A DNA stretch of 64,000 nt, taken from NCBI GenBank assembly GCA_950097015.1, contig CATNEN010000003.1, positions 7,564,001 to 7,628,000 of the forward strand, written 5' to 3'. This stretch comes from Macrostomum hystrix (taxonomy: Eukaryota; Animalia; Platyhelminthes). The translations under genes were made by a program, and so were the position numbers. Within the stretch, counting starts at the first letter, position 1, and every line of letters begins with the position of its first letter. A model generated the notes under the pieces. It was given only the letters and a program-made list of their open reading frames with translations, was not told where the DNA came from and searched no databases. Positions 11,401 through 24,284 of the stretch are shown in pieces.

Positions 11401-14400
11401 AAATAATAGAAATAAGTAATCATAATCATAACTTTAGCTTTAGCTACTTTTGCTTAATTTAGCTTACTTTAACGAAATATCTGTAGCAGAAACATTGTCC
11501 GACAAAATTTAATAGAAGCTACAAAAGCAATAAAAAAACTCGTTGAAACCGCCACCAAATTATGTGTTGAAAGCTTAATGTAGCCACAGCAAATTTTAAA
11601 ACACTTAAAACACTTTAAACACTTTAAACATTGTACGAAATTTGTGTACCACGTTCGATGTGTACCCTTAGTTGATGCTACAGCCTGGAAATGATATCGA
11701 AATTAAATAAGTAATATAAGAATTATCTCGTTGAAAAAATATTAACTTTGAGTTTTTAATCAATAGAAGCTGTGGTGTATTGAAGGTAAGATAATAAGGT
11801 AAAATTCTCAAACAAATAGGCAAAGCCAGGACTTCTTTGTAGTGTGCAAATCCTCCATGGATTTGACTATGCTGGGAAGGGGTACACTACCATGGATTTG
11901 GGAAGGGGTACACCACCATGGATTTTGGCAGAGTACAACACTATGGATTTGGGAAGGGGTACACAACCATCGATTTGGAAAGGGGTACACCACCATGGAT
12001 TTGACGTTGCCTAAATGGATTTGAAGAGGGGTACAAAAGGTTACACCACCATGGATTTTGGCAGGGGTACAACACCATGGATTTAGGAAGGGGTACACCA
12101 CTATGGGTTTAGGAAGGCGTACACCACCATGAATATAGGAAGGGGTACACCACTATGGATTTAGGAAGGCGTACACCACCATGGATTTAGGAAGGGGTAC
12201 ACCACCATGGATTTGGGAAGGGGTACACCACCATGGATTTGGGAAGGGGTACACCAACATGTATTTGTGGTATACGCCACTCCAAATTTAGGAGGTATAC
12301 ATCATCTGATTGGTGGGCGCGACCCTCTTGTCCCCTTCGGGACTACCACTGGGAAAGGAATAGAATATGATAATACAAGAACGCGTTTTTGCAAAGTTGC
12401 AAAGTTATTATATTTCAGTAAACAACTTGGTTCACATCAAGTTGAACGCCTAGATTTTACGTGAAATATTTCTCGACAAAAATCCCAAACTACCCTGAGA
12501 CTTTACCGGCCATCCCACACTGCGTACTCACACAACAAAGAGGGAAGGTCTTCCGGTTCTGTGGATTTTGTTAATCTTGAATTAGGAGATGCATTTGAGC
12601 ATTTTTCAGACTCAACTAAGCTCAACTATATTAAGTCCATTGTAGTCGGTTGAACAAGACTGTGAGTCTTCATTGTCAGCCAATTGAATTCAATAGTTAG
12701 TGAGCTGTGTGGGTTGCTTTCAGATCTGCTCTCTTGCTTTCTGCAGCAGCTAGGCAAAAAACTACACTGCCTGAGTTAGCTGGTACATATTATAGTCCTT
12801 CTATTTCTATTTCTGACTCTTTCACCTGACCAGATGAAATCTGCTTAGATACGCAAAGTAAGGATGAGGCTCATCCACTCAGACCACTCCTTAACTCTCT
12901 GACTATAGTTGTCATTGTAAAATTCTCGTTTAAGAGTATGTTCCTGGCCCAACAACTAACTAACAAATTAATCAATAACAGGACCAGTGCTATGAGATTT
13001 CCTGGAACAGCTATCCGTTTTTTATACCGGCGATTGCAACTTCCTAACTCTTTTATGAGGATTGAAAATGTTTGCAGCAACCTCAGAACAAAAATTACTC
13101 TTATTTTACAGCGTTTTTCCATTTCCTATCTTAGTTCCTGTTTCTCATTCTTTCTATTAAATTGTCACTGCAAACAACTGGACCGCATCGTTGTGTTTCA
13201 ACATTAAAACTGGACCGCATCATTGTGTTTCAATATTGAAACTGGACCGCATCATTGTGTTTCAATATTGAAACTGGACCGCATCATTGTGTTTCAGCAT
13301 TAAAACTGGACTGCATCGTTGTGTTTCAATATTGAAACTGGACAGCATCATTGTGTTTCAACATTGAAACTGGACCGCATCATTGTGTTCAGCATTGAAA
13401 CTGGACCGCATCATTGTGTTTCAATATTGAAACTGGACCGCATCATTGTGTTTCAATATTGAAACTGGACCGCATCATTGTGTTCAGCATTGAAACTGGA
13501 CCGCATCATTGTGTTTCAGCATTGAAACTGGACTGCATCGTTGTGTTTCAATATTGAAACTGGACCGCATCATTGTGTTTCAGCATTGAAACTGGACCGC
13601 ATCATTGTGTTTCAGCATTGAAACTGGACTGCATCGTTGTGTTTCAATATTGAAACTGGACCGCATCATTGTGTTTCAATATTGAAACTGGACCGCATCA
13701 TTGTGTTTCAATATTGAAACTGGATCGCATCGTTGTTTTTCGTTGTTTAAACCGACGTATCATTAGTGTTGAAATTTAAATTGGACCACAAAAAAAATTA
13801 TTCTGCACAGCGATAACTTACCTCCAAAACGATTGGCCTTAGCTTACGATCTACAAGAATGTCAAAACCCAGGATTTCGAAGCACGCCGAGCCTTTCACA
13901 TGGTTCGGGAAGCACGATCGATAATTGTGTTTTAGTACGCTGTGAGCCGAGATGATTGTCTTAATTATGACGTCGTCAATATCCGACCAAAGCTTGGCAA
14001 CGTCGTAGTTGTTGCTCAGCAACCAGCGATTAATTGTGGATATTCGCCTGTAGAATTGAAGAGTCTAAGTTTCAATGTGAAGCCAGTGAGAAATAATGTA
14101 CTTTTAGAGCTGTAACTAACCGTTTAGTCCCGCCCTCTTCGTCGTTTCTGACAAAGTCCTTGCGATTCTTCTGCACCGCGTAGTTAGTTAAATGCATGTA
14201 GACATTCTCCTGGGTGAAAATAATGATAGTTTGAGATAAGCATAATTCCGTTAGGCTTCATATTAGTTGGTATGATCTGGCGAAAATGAGTTTTAGCATT
14301 TATGTAGCAAGCTTTGTGCTCTATGAACGACCCACTCCGACCCGTAACATTCCCCCTCATAGGGTTGTTAAGTGCTATGGCGTAAATAATTAATGTTATT

Positions 14401-17400
14401 TTTTGGAGTGGCATTAACTATAGCTGGGTGAGAATTCCTTGAGTACGGTATAATTTTACTTTCTACCAGAACTCGACTCTATTCAGGTCCTTCAGATACG
14501 ATTCAGCCACTTCTTCAGGGATTTTTCAGGCCTCATTTCAGACACGATTCAGCCATTTCTTCAGGGATTTTTCAGGCCTCATTTCAGACACGATTCAGCC
14601 ACTTCTTCAGGGATTTTTCAGGCCTCATTTCAGACACGATTCAGCCACTTCTTCAGGGATTTTTCAGGCCTCATTTCAGACACGATTCAGCCACTTCTTC
14701 AGGGATTTTTCAGGCCTCATTTCAGACACGATTCAGCCACTTCTTCAGGGATTATTCAGGCCTTCCTTCAGAGACGATTCAGCCACTTCTTCAGGGATTA
14801 TTCAGGCCTTCCTTCAGATACGACTGAGCCACTTCTTCAGGGATTATTCAGGCCTTCCTTCAGACACGATTCAGCCACTTCTTCAGGGATTATTCAGGCC
14901 TTCCTTCAGACACGATTCAGCCACTTCTTCAGGGATTATTCAGGCCTCCTTTCAGACACGATTCAGCCACTTCTTCAGGGATTATTCAGGCCTTCCTTCA
15001 GATACGACTGAGCCACTTCTTCAGGGATTATTCAGGCCTCCCTTCAGACACGATTCAGCCACTTCTTCAGGGATTATTCAGGCCTTCCTTCAGATACGAC
15101 TGAGCCACTTCTTCAGGGATTATTCAGGCCTCCCTTCAGACACGATTCAGCCACTTCTTCAGGGATTATTCAGGCCTCCCTTCAGAGACGATTCAGCCAC
15201 TTCTTCAGGGATTATTCAGGCCTCTCTTCAGACACGATTCAGCCACTTCTTCAGGGATTATTCAGGCCTTCCTTCAGATACGACTGAGCCACTTCTTCAG
15301 GGATTATTCAGGCCTCCCTTCAGACACGATTCAGCCACTTCTTCAGGGATTATTCAGGCCTCCCTTCAGACACGATTCAGCCACTTCTTCAGGGATTATT
15401 CAGGCCTCCCTTCAGAGACGATTCAGCCACTTCTTCAGGGATTTTTCAGGCCTCCCTTCAGACACGATTCAGCCACTTCTTCAGGGATTATTCAGGCCTT
15501 CCTTCAGACACGATTCAGCCACTTCTTCAGGGATTATTCAGGCCTTCCTTCAGATACGACTGAGCCACTTCTTCAGGGATTTTTCAGGCCTCTCTTCAGA
15601 CACGATTCAGCCACTTCTTCAGGGATTATTCAGGCCTTCCTTCAGAGACGATTCAGCCACTTCTTCAGGGATTATTCAGGCCTCCCTTCAGACACGATTC
15701 AGCCACTTCTTCAGGGATTATTCAGGCCTCCTTTCAGACACGATTCAGCCACTTCTTCAAGGATTATTCAGACCTTCCTTCAGATACGACTGAGCCACTT
15801 CTTCAGGGATTTTTCAGGCCTCTCTTCAGACACGATTCAGCCACTTCTTCAGGGATTATTCAGGCCTTCCTTCAGATACGACTGAGCCACTTCTTCAGGG
15901 ATTTTTCAGGCCTCTCTTCAGACACGATTCAGCCACTTCTTCAGGGATTATTCAGGCCTTCCTTCAGATACGACTGAGCCACTTCTTCAGGGATTATTCA
16001 GGCCTTCCTTCAGATACGATTCAGCCACTTCCTCAGGCAATATTCAGACGTTCCGTCAGAGTCGGGTCTTTCTTACTTTTCATTCTGTGAATCGCCCTAA
16101 ATACATAAAAACTAGAAACAAGCCAGTTTTGTAGTCAGAATTAAAATCTCACCAGGTTGCCAGTGGTCGGGTCCTTATACTTGACAGTCGTAAAGCGTGC
16201 CAAGCCTTCTTTGAATACGAAGATTTTCAGCGGATCGCAGCTAGTGACGAGAACATAGATTCTCAAATCGAATTTGTAGCCGTCAATCAATAGTGGCTGC
16301 GGGGGGAGTTGTGTCGTCAAGACAGAGAGCACAGACGCACGCAGATAAGGTACACAGGTGTGTACATCTGCCCTGACTTTCTCATGATCAGGCAGTGTAC
16401 ACTCTAACTGTTCCCAGGGGCGTTGGTCCTCAATCCCTCTCCAACTAATGCTCTGAAATGATAAGCTTTCGAATATCAGATAAATTTCAGCTCACCTTTG
16501 ACACGTAGAGCTGGCACACCTGATTATCCCCTGGCTTAATATCCTTGGGATTTCTGGTGAACCAGATACCTTTGCCCTGACAGCCGGCGTCAGGTTTAAC
16601 AATGTAGGTCCGGTGTTTCTTGTTAGCTCTGGCGTAGGCTTGGAAGTCTCCGAAGCTAATGCAGTTTTTAGAATTAGTGGGACAAGTATGGATTTGGGAT
16701 ATTTTATTCGGGAACGAAGTCAACACATGATTTAAGAAAATAAACCTGCTATGAAAGCTAGATGCAAATTTTTTGGGAATATGTAGAATCTTAGACTTTA
16801 TGACGAAGATCTGTGACTAGGAAATTTCTATTTAAATCAGAAATGAGGATTTCTTATTGGGATGAGTAATGAGGATTTAATTCGAATCAGTGATGAGGAT
16901 TTAATTGGGATCAGTGATGAGGATTTAATTGGGATCAGTGATGAGGATTTAATTCGAATCAGTGATGAGGATTTATTTGGGATCAGTGATGAGGATTTAA
17001 TTCGAATCAGTGATGAGGATTTAATTGTGATCAGTGATGAGGATTTAATTGGGATCAGTGATGAGGATTTAATTGGGATCAATGATGAGGATTTAATTGG
17101 GATCAATGATGAGGATTAATTGTGATCAGTGATGAGGATCTAATTGTGATCAGTGATGAGGATTTAATTGGGATCAGTGATGAGGATTTAATTGGGATCA
17201 GTGATGAGGATTAGGAACTTACTCTGCCGGTAGCACCCATGTTCTGGGAGCGAAGCTGTACTCCTTGGGGAAGAGCTTCCGCATGCGACCGAGGTTTCGG
17301 CCGAGGCAGTCCTTGCGGCAGATTTCACTCATTCCAGGAAAATGATTGATTTTCTGCAGTTAAAAACCAAGATTAAGAAAAAAAATAGTTTTCGCAAAAA

Positions 17401-18792
17401 GGGCTGTGGGGCTAGCAAGAAGGAATTTCTGCCGATTCTACTGACCCTTGTGTACCTCCATCCCGACTTTCTAATGGTGTAAATTGCATGGCTGCGTCAC
17501 TAATGAATTCGGGCCCAAAGCTCAGCGACTCAGCCCCTAACTTTAGAATTATGAGCAAAAAAAATCACCTGATATTTCTTCATTGAGCAGGCTCGATCCA
17601 CGGACACATATGTGTCGGTCCAGAACACGTTCCACTCATCGTCTTCATCAACTTCCTTCAAGCCGAATTTGTGGGCCGCCTTTTGAACTGAGGTGAAAAA
17701 CAGTCACGAGAATAATTAGTTATTACATATCTGTGGCACATCATTTGTTGACACTAGACCCGCAGCCAGCGTGGAGACAATTCTGCCCATTTCCCTGACT
17801 CCTGAGCACACAGATACCGTACGCAGGCACACGCTTACACTGTTGTGTACATCTGCCCTGAATTTCTCATCGTCGGGCAGTGTACACTCTCACTGTGCGT
17901 TGGAGGTTGGCCCTCAAGGGCGTGAATTGCACGACAAACTCCTAAATCCTTCTATCCGCGACTGCATCCCAAATAAATGTGGCCTCGCCGCGGGATCAAG
18001 CTCAGGGACCTAGTTGGTGCGAAAGGCAAGCGCGTTAACCGCTCTGCCACTCACCCTCTTTGGCGTAGAGAAACTGGACAAAGAATATCATTAGATCACA
18101 AAACTCACCGACTTCATATTTACAGCTAGTCAGGCAGATAGCATAGCTTCTGCAAAGGGTAAACATTATATATGTGATTTCTCCTGCTCAATGATCTTAA
18201 AATGAATGCTCGAATAGACTGCTCACTTCTTCTTTTTCTTTTTCTTTCGTACAAGCGGCACCAACGGCTGAGAAGTTTCGGCGATCGATCTGTTCTGTTG
18301 CTGCTGCTCAGAAGTATTCGTTGTCATGGCAACCGACTGGGGCGCTGGTCGCAGCTCCGGTAGAGTGGAAATTGCGGGCCGCAATTCAGCCGCTCGCTCT
18401 GCGGCTCGCTGACTGATTGACGGCTTGGCCTGTCGCACCAGCTTGAAGTCCTCATCATCGTTGCCAGAGTCGTCGCCAAGTTCGTCTTCCTCTTCATCGT
18501 CTTCTTCGTCCTCCTCTTCTCCGTTATCGTCGTAGTCGTCGTCGAAGCCACCGAAAAATCCTTGGCTGATCAGCCGATCGCTGGTCGGATCATCTTCCAG
18601 TGTTAGTTCACCAGTAGGGGCAAGACCAGGTCTATCGGCTGCGTGATCTTCTAACTCGTCGTCCTCGTCTTCGTAATCGCTACTTGATGGCGTCGACAAT
18701 GAGTTGTCATTTTCATCCAACCGTTGATTGAGACTACCGGAGTTCGGTTGATTCTCTGCTTGGGTCTTGTTTCTAGAACCTGGCGTAATCAT
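7834..18792 (-). CDS. TTLL6: Tubulin polyglutamylase, TTLL6/TTLL13-like; 12 exons: 18792-18227, 18149-18109, 17687-17569, 17353-17223, 16655-16496, 16296-16153, 14209-14121, 14047-13822, 10662-10481, 9399-8958, 8892-8310, 8210-7834
   Basis: Spliced frame gives KINHFPGMSEICRKD, YIVKPDAGCQGKGI, PLLIDGYKFDLRIYVLVTSCDPL, MHLTNYAV, CFEILGFDILVD, LEVNHSPSFTTD, GNYRRIYP, SLYQETAA and ERLSGLLQRDSLVRG. N-terminus is acidic and C-terminus is polyQ-rich. The last two exons are less certain. Confidence 0.92.
9502..9835 (+). mobile_element. SINE family A copy in a TTLL intron
   Basis: Head ggggtgagtggctgagcagttaacgcgtttcc, SINE-A body, 3' end cctcctgcgattatc. Confidence 0.85.
10723..11300. repeat. 53-bp minisatellite, about 11 units
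   Basis: Unit ACACAGCCAATCACAACTCACTGAGGTTCCATTGGTCCATTTGACGTATTTAG. Confidence 0.95.
11850..12260. repeat. About 26-bp minisatellite (CCACCATGGATTTGGGAAGGGGTACA); 1-2 further units at 11308-11345
   Basis: Directly visible tandem units. Confidence 0.9.
13177..13735. repeat. 32-bp minisatellite (AAACTGGACCGCATCATTGTGTTTCAATATTG)
   Basis: Directly visible tandem units in a TTLL intron. Confidence 0.95.
14480..16060. repeat. 46-bp minisatellite (CACGATTCAGCCACTTCTTCAGGGATTATTCAGGCCTTCCTTCAGA), about 34 units
   Basis: Directly visible tandem units in a TTLL intron. Confidence 0.95.
16845..17212. repeat. 24-bp minisatellite (GATCAGTGATGAGGATTTAATTGG)
   Basis: Directly visible. It explains the spurious ISDEDLIG-repeat ORFs. 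Confidence 0.95.
17733..18056 (-). mobile_element. SINE family A copy in a TTLL intron
   Basis: Near full-length match to the other SINE-A copies. Confidence 0.85.
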
Positions 18793-20105
18793 GCTTTGGT
18801 TAACAAAACTTTACTATTTGGCATGTCAGGCTGAAAATTTAATACACTTAATTGGTGACATGCCTATCAGGTGAAAGAAGTTAGGAAAAATTTACATAAA
18901 ACCGGCCATTATAAATGGCCTACAATAATATTATTTGCGACATAGATGCACGAACTTTATTTGTGCATTTGTGTGAAATCGCATATAGCAAATGCTTAAT
19001 TGGCTAGAAGTGGACAAAGCATTAAAGAATAATCGTAAAAAATACCCCAAATTTACTACTCTTTTAATGCTTAATGATAAATTGTTATGCTAGAGACTAA
19101 TCTAAGGGCACGAATTTGATTAAAAATCGTGACGATTTAAGTGATTGTCAACAAAGTTAAACAATTTATTTGCTCATTTTTGAAGAAATTGACAAAACTT
19201 TCTTTCATACAAAAATTTACAAAATTTATAAAAACAAGTTTTATACAATTTAATATGTTGCTATCAAACAGACTTACTATATACATGTATGTAGTAGATA
19301 CTAGCTGGAGAAAAAAGATCTGAAAAACAAATTTGCTACAAATTTCTCACTTTTCGCATGATGAGAACATGCCAAATGTCAATTTCATCGCATTATGATT
19401 GCACATTAATTATGTTTTCACGCAATGTTTATCGAATCAATTTTCAACTTTTGTATTTGATCATGATTCATGACCACGTCCACACGTCATGATGTAATCC
19501 ATTGACAGTCGATAATATTTATGTAAATATATAAAAAACAAGTATAAATAATTATCAGAGTAACTAACTGGATTAGGGTTAATTAAAGCCAAGAAATGTT
19601 GAAGTAGGCTGCTATGACTTCGTCTTTTACCAATATATATATATGTATTAGTATTATTTAATTCATGCAGAATTTATTCCATCGTGGTTCTAAATTTTAA
19701 AACATCAAAGTGACTCTTTTTTTAAAAAGCCATTATAAGGTATAATATGCGCTTTAAGTAGTACAACAACAAAAAATGTAACCTAAAAATTATTGTTAGC
19801 TTTAATGGCTAGGTGCGCAAATATAAACAACTTTTTGTTTTACATTTAAAAAATTTCAAACAAACATTCACGTGCCAACTCGTTTTACAGTTTTTACTTT
19901 ATGCGTGTTAAAATAGTAACTCAAGTGGTTGCGAATCTAGTGAGTTTCCAACGTCTCGGAAGGTTGCCAAACAATTTAAATTGTCTGTCTCATTTTTCAA
20001 TAAATAGGGTTTACTTTCGACATACATCGTCGCCTTTATTTCTCACAATTTTAAACCATTTTAGCATTTATGCTAGCTAAGCTAAGCTGTTAGTTGGTTA
20101 GTCCT

Positions 20106-20118
20106 GTTACTAAGTAAC
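20106..20118. promoter_or_regulatory. Candidate RFX X-box (GTTACTAAGTAAC) in the divergent TTLL6/CKS1 promoter region
   Basis: Palindromic GTTACT-A-AGTAAC fits the RFX consensus GTNRC(C/T)-N0-3-RGYAAC. It lies 64 bp upstream of the CKS1 ATG and upstream of a ciliary gene. Confidence 0.35.
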
Positions 20119-20181
20119 TAGCTAGTAAACTTAATATTACCACTTGGCCCAACTCTAAGCTTGCAAATATTCTAACTAAAA

Positions 20182-23100
20182 ATGGCTGTAGCTGACCCAA
20201 AGACAAATATATATTATTCGGAGAAGTATTATGACGATGAGTATGAGTACAGGTAAGACCAAGAGGTGCTTCTGTTCTGTTAAAATGTGCTTTCTAACCT
20301 AATATTTTGGTAACATAACCACATCCTCATGCATTAACATCTAAGTCACCAGTCTCATTTATTATGTATATTGTAATATATATAGCCTCTATGCTGAATT
20401 ATATAGGTTTTAGATGTGTGTGCAATTTCTGATCATTTTACAGCCACATGTATAGAGCTTAGAAACTTTGTCCGCATACGTGCGCAACCTCCCAAATCTT
20501 AGCCAGCCATGCGACTTAGTTTTTGCTCTATTTATGACTTAGTTTGCTCTCATTTACGACTTAGTTTGCTCTCCCTTGCTCATTTTTTCTTTCTCCTTAT
20601 TTCTTTTCTTCACGCCTTCCTTTTTTGTTGCTTGGTCCCCCCTTTGATTTTTTGCACTTGGTCAATTGGTTTTTGCAACTTACCTTGCTTGGCCCTCGTT
20701 TCACTTGGCTGGTTCGGCCGGGTCGGCCAGGGTGTTGCGCATGTATGTTTGTCCAACTTGGAATATTCCGACACTTATACCAACAGTTAATGTGTTATAC
20801 ATTACCTGCCAGAATATATGGACAGTTATTCTGACTGTTATTCTGACTTGAAAGTCAGTTTGTTTAAATACACGCTCAGATAGTTATTCCGACTTGAAAT
20901 TGCATGCATATATCTAATAAGCTCTCAGACAGTTATTCCAACTCGAATTTAACTGTCAGAATTTTCTGACGCAAAAGTATCTTTGTTTAAATACACACTC
21001 AGACAGTTATTCCAACTCAAATTTAACATGCATTTGGAAAATTGCGACAGTTAAATTTGAGTCAGAATAATTGTCTAAGAATGTATTTAAAGAAACTGAC
21101 TTTTGAGTCAGAATAAGTGTCAAAATATTCTGAGTTGGACAAAGTTTCTAAGCTCATGTATAGGCCTATCCATTGTGGACACCTTGGTCCTTGAACTATA
21201 AATGTAATACTTAGACAATTGATAGGCCTATTGTCATTATATTTTTGTTTGTCAAATCATAGAGTACTTTTAATTGCCCATAAAAAGAGGCACCCTTAGT
21301 CTGGATCATGCTGTCTATATGCCACAAGAAATTTGGGGTTTCTTGAACTTTTATTACTATAAAATACTTTAGGCCTACACTATAATTAATAGTAATTTTA
21401 ATTAGGTTCCTATGCCTCTTAAAGTTTTATCCTATTTATTATTCTTCCAAGAATTTAATGGTTCCTGGACACTTTGTCATCTGCTTTTTTGTCATCTAGA
21501 TCACAATGTGTCTATGGTCTAGGACTATAAAAGGGTAGATGACCAAGACTTTTAAATATACATGTGCAACCTCCCAAATCTTAGCTGGCCGTGCGACTTA
21601 GTTTTTGCTTTATTTACGACTCAGTTTGCTCTCAGTTGCAACTTAGTTTGTTTCATTGCTCTATTTACAACTTAGTTTGCTCTCATTTGCTCTATTTTTA
21701 TCTCTCCTTTTTCCTCGTCTTCACGCCTTCCTTTTTTGTCCCTTGGTCCCCCCATTGATTTTTTGCACTTGGTTGATTGGTTTTTGCGACTTACCTTGCT
21801 TGGCCCTCGTTTCATCCGGCCAATTTGGCAGGGTCGGCCGGGTGTTGCGCATGTATGCTTGTAAACACTGTCATCTCTATGATTTATAGTAGGGTGCATG
21901 TCCAACCAATGCTAGCAAGCCTATTGTTGTTTAATTGCTGTCTTTATGCTTCACACAAATTTAGAATTTTGAATTTTGAGTTTCATATTGACTAGCTTTA
22001 TAATTTTCTTTGTTATTAATTCATTACTTAGTTTACTTAGATTTCCCTAGTCTGTCTGCAAGTTTACCAACTAACTGTATAGTGTTATAAGAAATGCTTA
22101 TTTTTACAGTATGAATTTAAATTTGATGAGTTTAAATAAATAAATTTAACCATATGTGATTGCCTGGAACTCTTCACAGTTGGCTCGTAGTTTTCTATAT
22201 ACTGTAGGCCCCTATCCACCAGCAACTATTAAGCAAAAAGCAAGTCCAACACTGTAGTTCCTATCAATGGGTGATAAGCTAACCTATCTTAAACTTTAAC
22301 ATTTGCTAATTGGCTAGATTAAAAGGTGTCCAATCTAAAAAATTAAAGACAAAATTGTAAGATGATGAAAAAGCAGATCTGGCAAAGTGTCAGAGCCAAA
22401 ATACCCACCTGCCACCTGAAAACCACTGAGTGATTCCCTAGTCTTGTATGGTGTGGCATTAAACTGTATTACATATGTGTGAACCCATATGTGTGAATCC
22501 ATACAAGTAAACTTACAATTGATCCTAATGTCTGTGTTGAGGATTAATCTTATTTATCATTCTCTTTTGTTAAATTAACAAAGGAGACCTGATTCCCCTT
22601 TGTTAAACATGTATGTTGTATGCAAACTATCTTGAATATTGAATAGTTAAGAAAAGCAAGTCTCATCATTTGTTATTTCTTTATTGTTTCTTACATATCT
22701 AACTAATATTTCTGCAGAGAAAGATATTTTTGTTGCTCACTAAAAGTAATAGCCTAAAAAACCTATGAAAAAATGTTTTTGTTTTTGCTTCGGAAAGGCC
22801 AGTAAATGCCTGCTTGACCCCCAGCTACCAATCTAATGTCTAACCACCCAAGCTATCCAATAAAAGACCATCAGTTATTCCCCCTGACCCATCCCATTTG
22901 TAACATTCTTGCAGTGTGGCACTCTTTGTCCTAGAACATATTATTGATTGTCACTAAGTTAATATTTAAATAATGGTTAAATTGTACACAGAATTAAAAG
23001 TACATTCTTGCCTTTTTATAAATTGTATCTAAGTAGTACCTTCAGTGTTTTAGCTTTATTGTTTCTAGTTGGACATTTTTCATAATAAACTCTAACGAGT

Positions 23101-23485
23101 AGCCATATATACTAGAGTAAAGCAATTAAATACACTAGTTTTAGTCTAGCATACTCTGGTGTCTGGGAGTAACAAAGAGTTGTCATAATATGTATGTAGT
23201 AAAAATTTTTATTTTTTTTTTCAACTTTGCAACACTGACAGGCACTGCCACATACCGAAGGAATTGGTGTCTCGACTGCCAAAATCTGGTGACACAATTC
23301 GTTTGATGAGCGAGCTGGAGTGGCGCAGTCTCGGTATACAGCAGAGTCCGGGCTGGGTCAATTACATGGTGCATCACCCGGAACCGCATATAATCTTGTT
23401 TCGCCGGCCAATCGCTGTTGCCGAAGCTCAGGCCAAGGCTCAGGAGCTAGCCAAAGCTAGGGCCCAAGAATTTTCTAAGGCTTAG
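20182..23485 (+). CDS. CKS1: Cyclin-dependent kinase regulatory subunit Cks1; exons 20182-20252 and 23242-23485 (104 aa)
   Basis: Spliced protein [24 protein letters not shown]|[56 protein letters not shown], with a phase-2 GT-AG intron. Confidence 0.96.
20450..21160. mobile_element. Non-autonomous TIR element (MITE) in the CKS1 intron, interrupted by a second MITE
   Basis: Left end gagcttagaaactttgtcc^aacttggaatattccgacacttat is an imperfect reverse complement of the right end ataagtgtcaaaatattctgagttggacaaagtttctaagctc. Confidence 0.75.
20475..20747. mobile_element. hAT-like MITE, copy 1
   Basis: TIRs CATACGTGCGCAAC / GTTGCGCATGTATG, with 8-bp flanks TTTGTCCG / TTTGTCCA (7/8 match, probable TSD). 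Confidence 0.8.
21557..21857. mobile_element. hAT-like MITE, copy 2
   Basis: Same body and TIRs as 20475-20747. Flanks CTTTTAAA / CTTGTAAA (7/8 match). Confidence 0.8.
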
Positions 23486-24284
23486 GTCCTAATTATTGGT
23501 CTAAATGAGTAGCGACTGTGACTTTGCAAGTTATGAAATCGTGTTTTTATGGTATGTTTTGCCTAGTAGTTGTAGTTGCTAGTTAACTGTTATTGTTGTC
23601 CAGGAAAAAATGCACACTTATCAACATTGAATAACATCTTCACGCACTTGTGTATCTGATAGCGCGCCAGCAAAGCAGTTTTTTGTAAATTTCTAATTGG
23701 CTATGTAAGTTCAGTCTATACATGTATGTATTTTAATATTTCTTTGATGCCAAGTTTTGTATGTTGCATAAATTAGTTCATTTGGTTATTAGTACTTTTA
23801 TTGTGTCCGAATTTTCTTTCTTATGTCTACTATATTTTTCAGTTCAAGCATTTTTGTATATTTATTTCAGCATTACCGCAGCCATATACATATGATCATT
23901 TAGCTACGAAGTCCTTTAAGCATTTTAAAAAGTCAACTTTTTAATAATTTGTGCGTATAACTAAAGTATATTTTAGTTTTATTTTAAAGGATAAGGCAGC
24001 ATTGTTTTCATTGTTTTTTTTATTAAGATATAATAATATATTTGCCAAAGTCATTGGTCATTTGAAGTATAAGCAAATTTCAACTTTGCTGTTGTTTAAA
24101 GTTCATGCATTTCTCGTATTTTTAAAAAAACATTTTTGTTGCAAAGAAAATTTAATCTACGGTTAAAGACAATTGTGATGTGGTCATTTTTTAGTTGTCT
24201 TGATTTAATATTATGTCATCACTAGCTTTAATGCTCATGTCTTATCATTAGCTTCAATACAATTGTGAAAACTAATAACTGCTA

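Noticed and set aside
10723-16060. Regular 32-53-bp repeats as CRISPR arrays
   Set aside because: Head-to-tail units with no unique spacers, no cas genes, and a eukaryotic intron context.
16837-17119. Repeat-peptide ORFs (ISDEDLIG; also LNPE, VHLLDRG, TQSHRWS and HTESP at 39-43 kb and 62 kb)
   Set aside because: These are translations of intronic or intergenic minisatellites.
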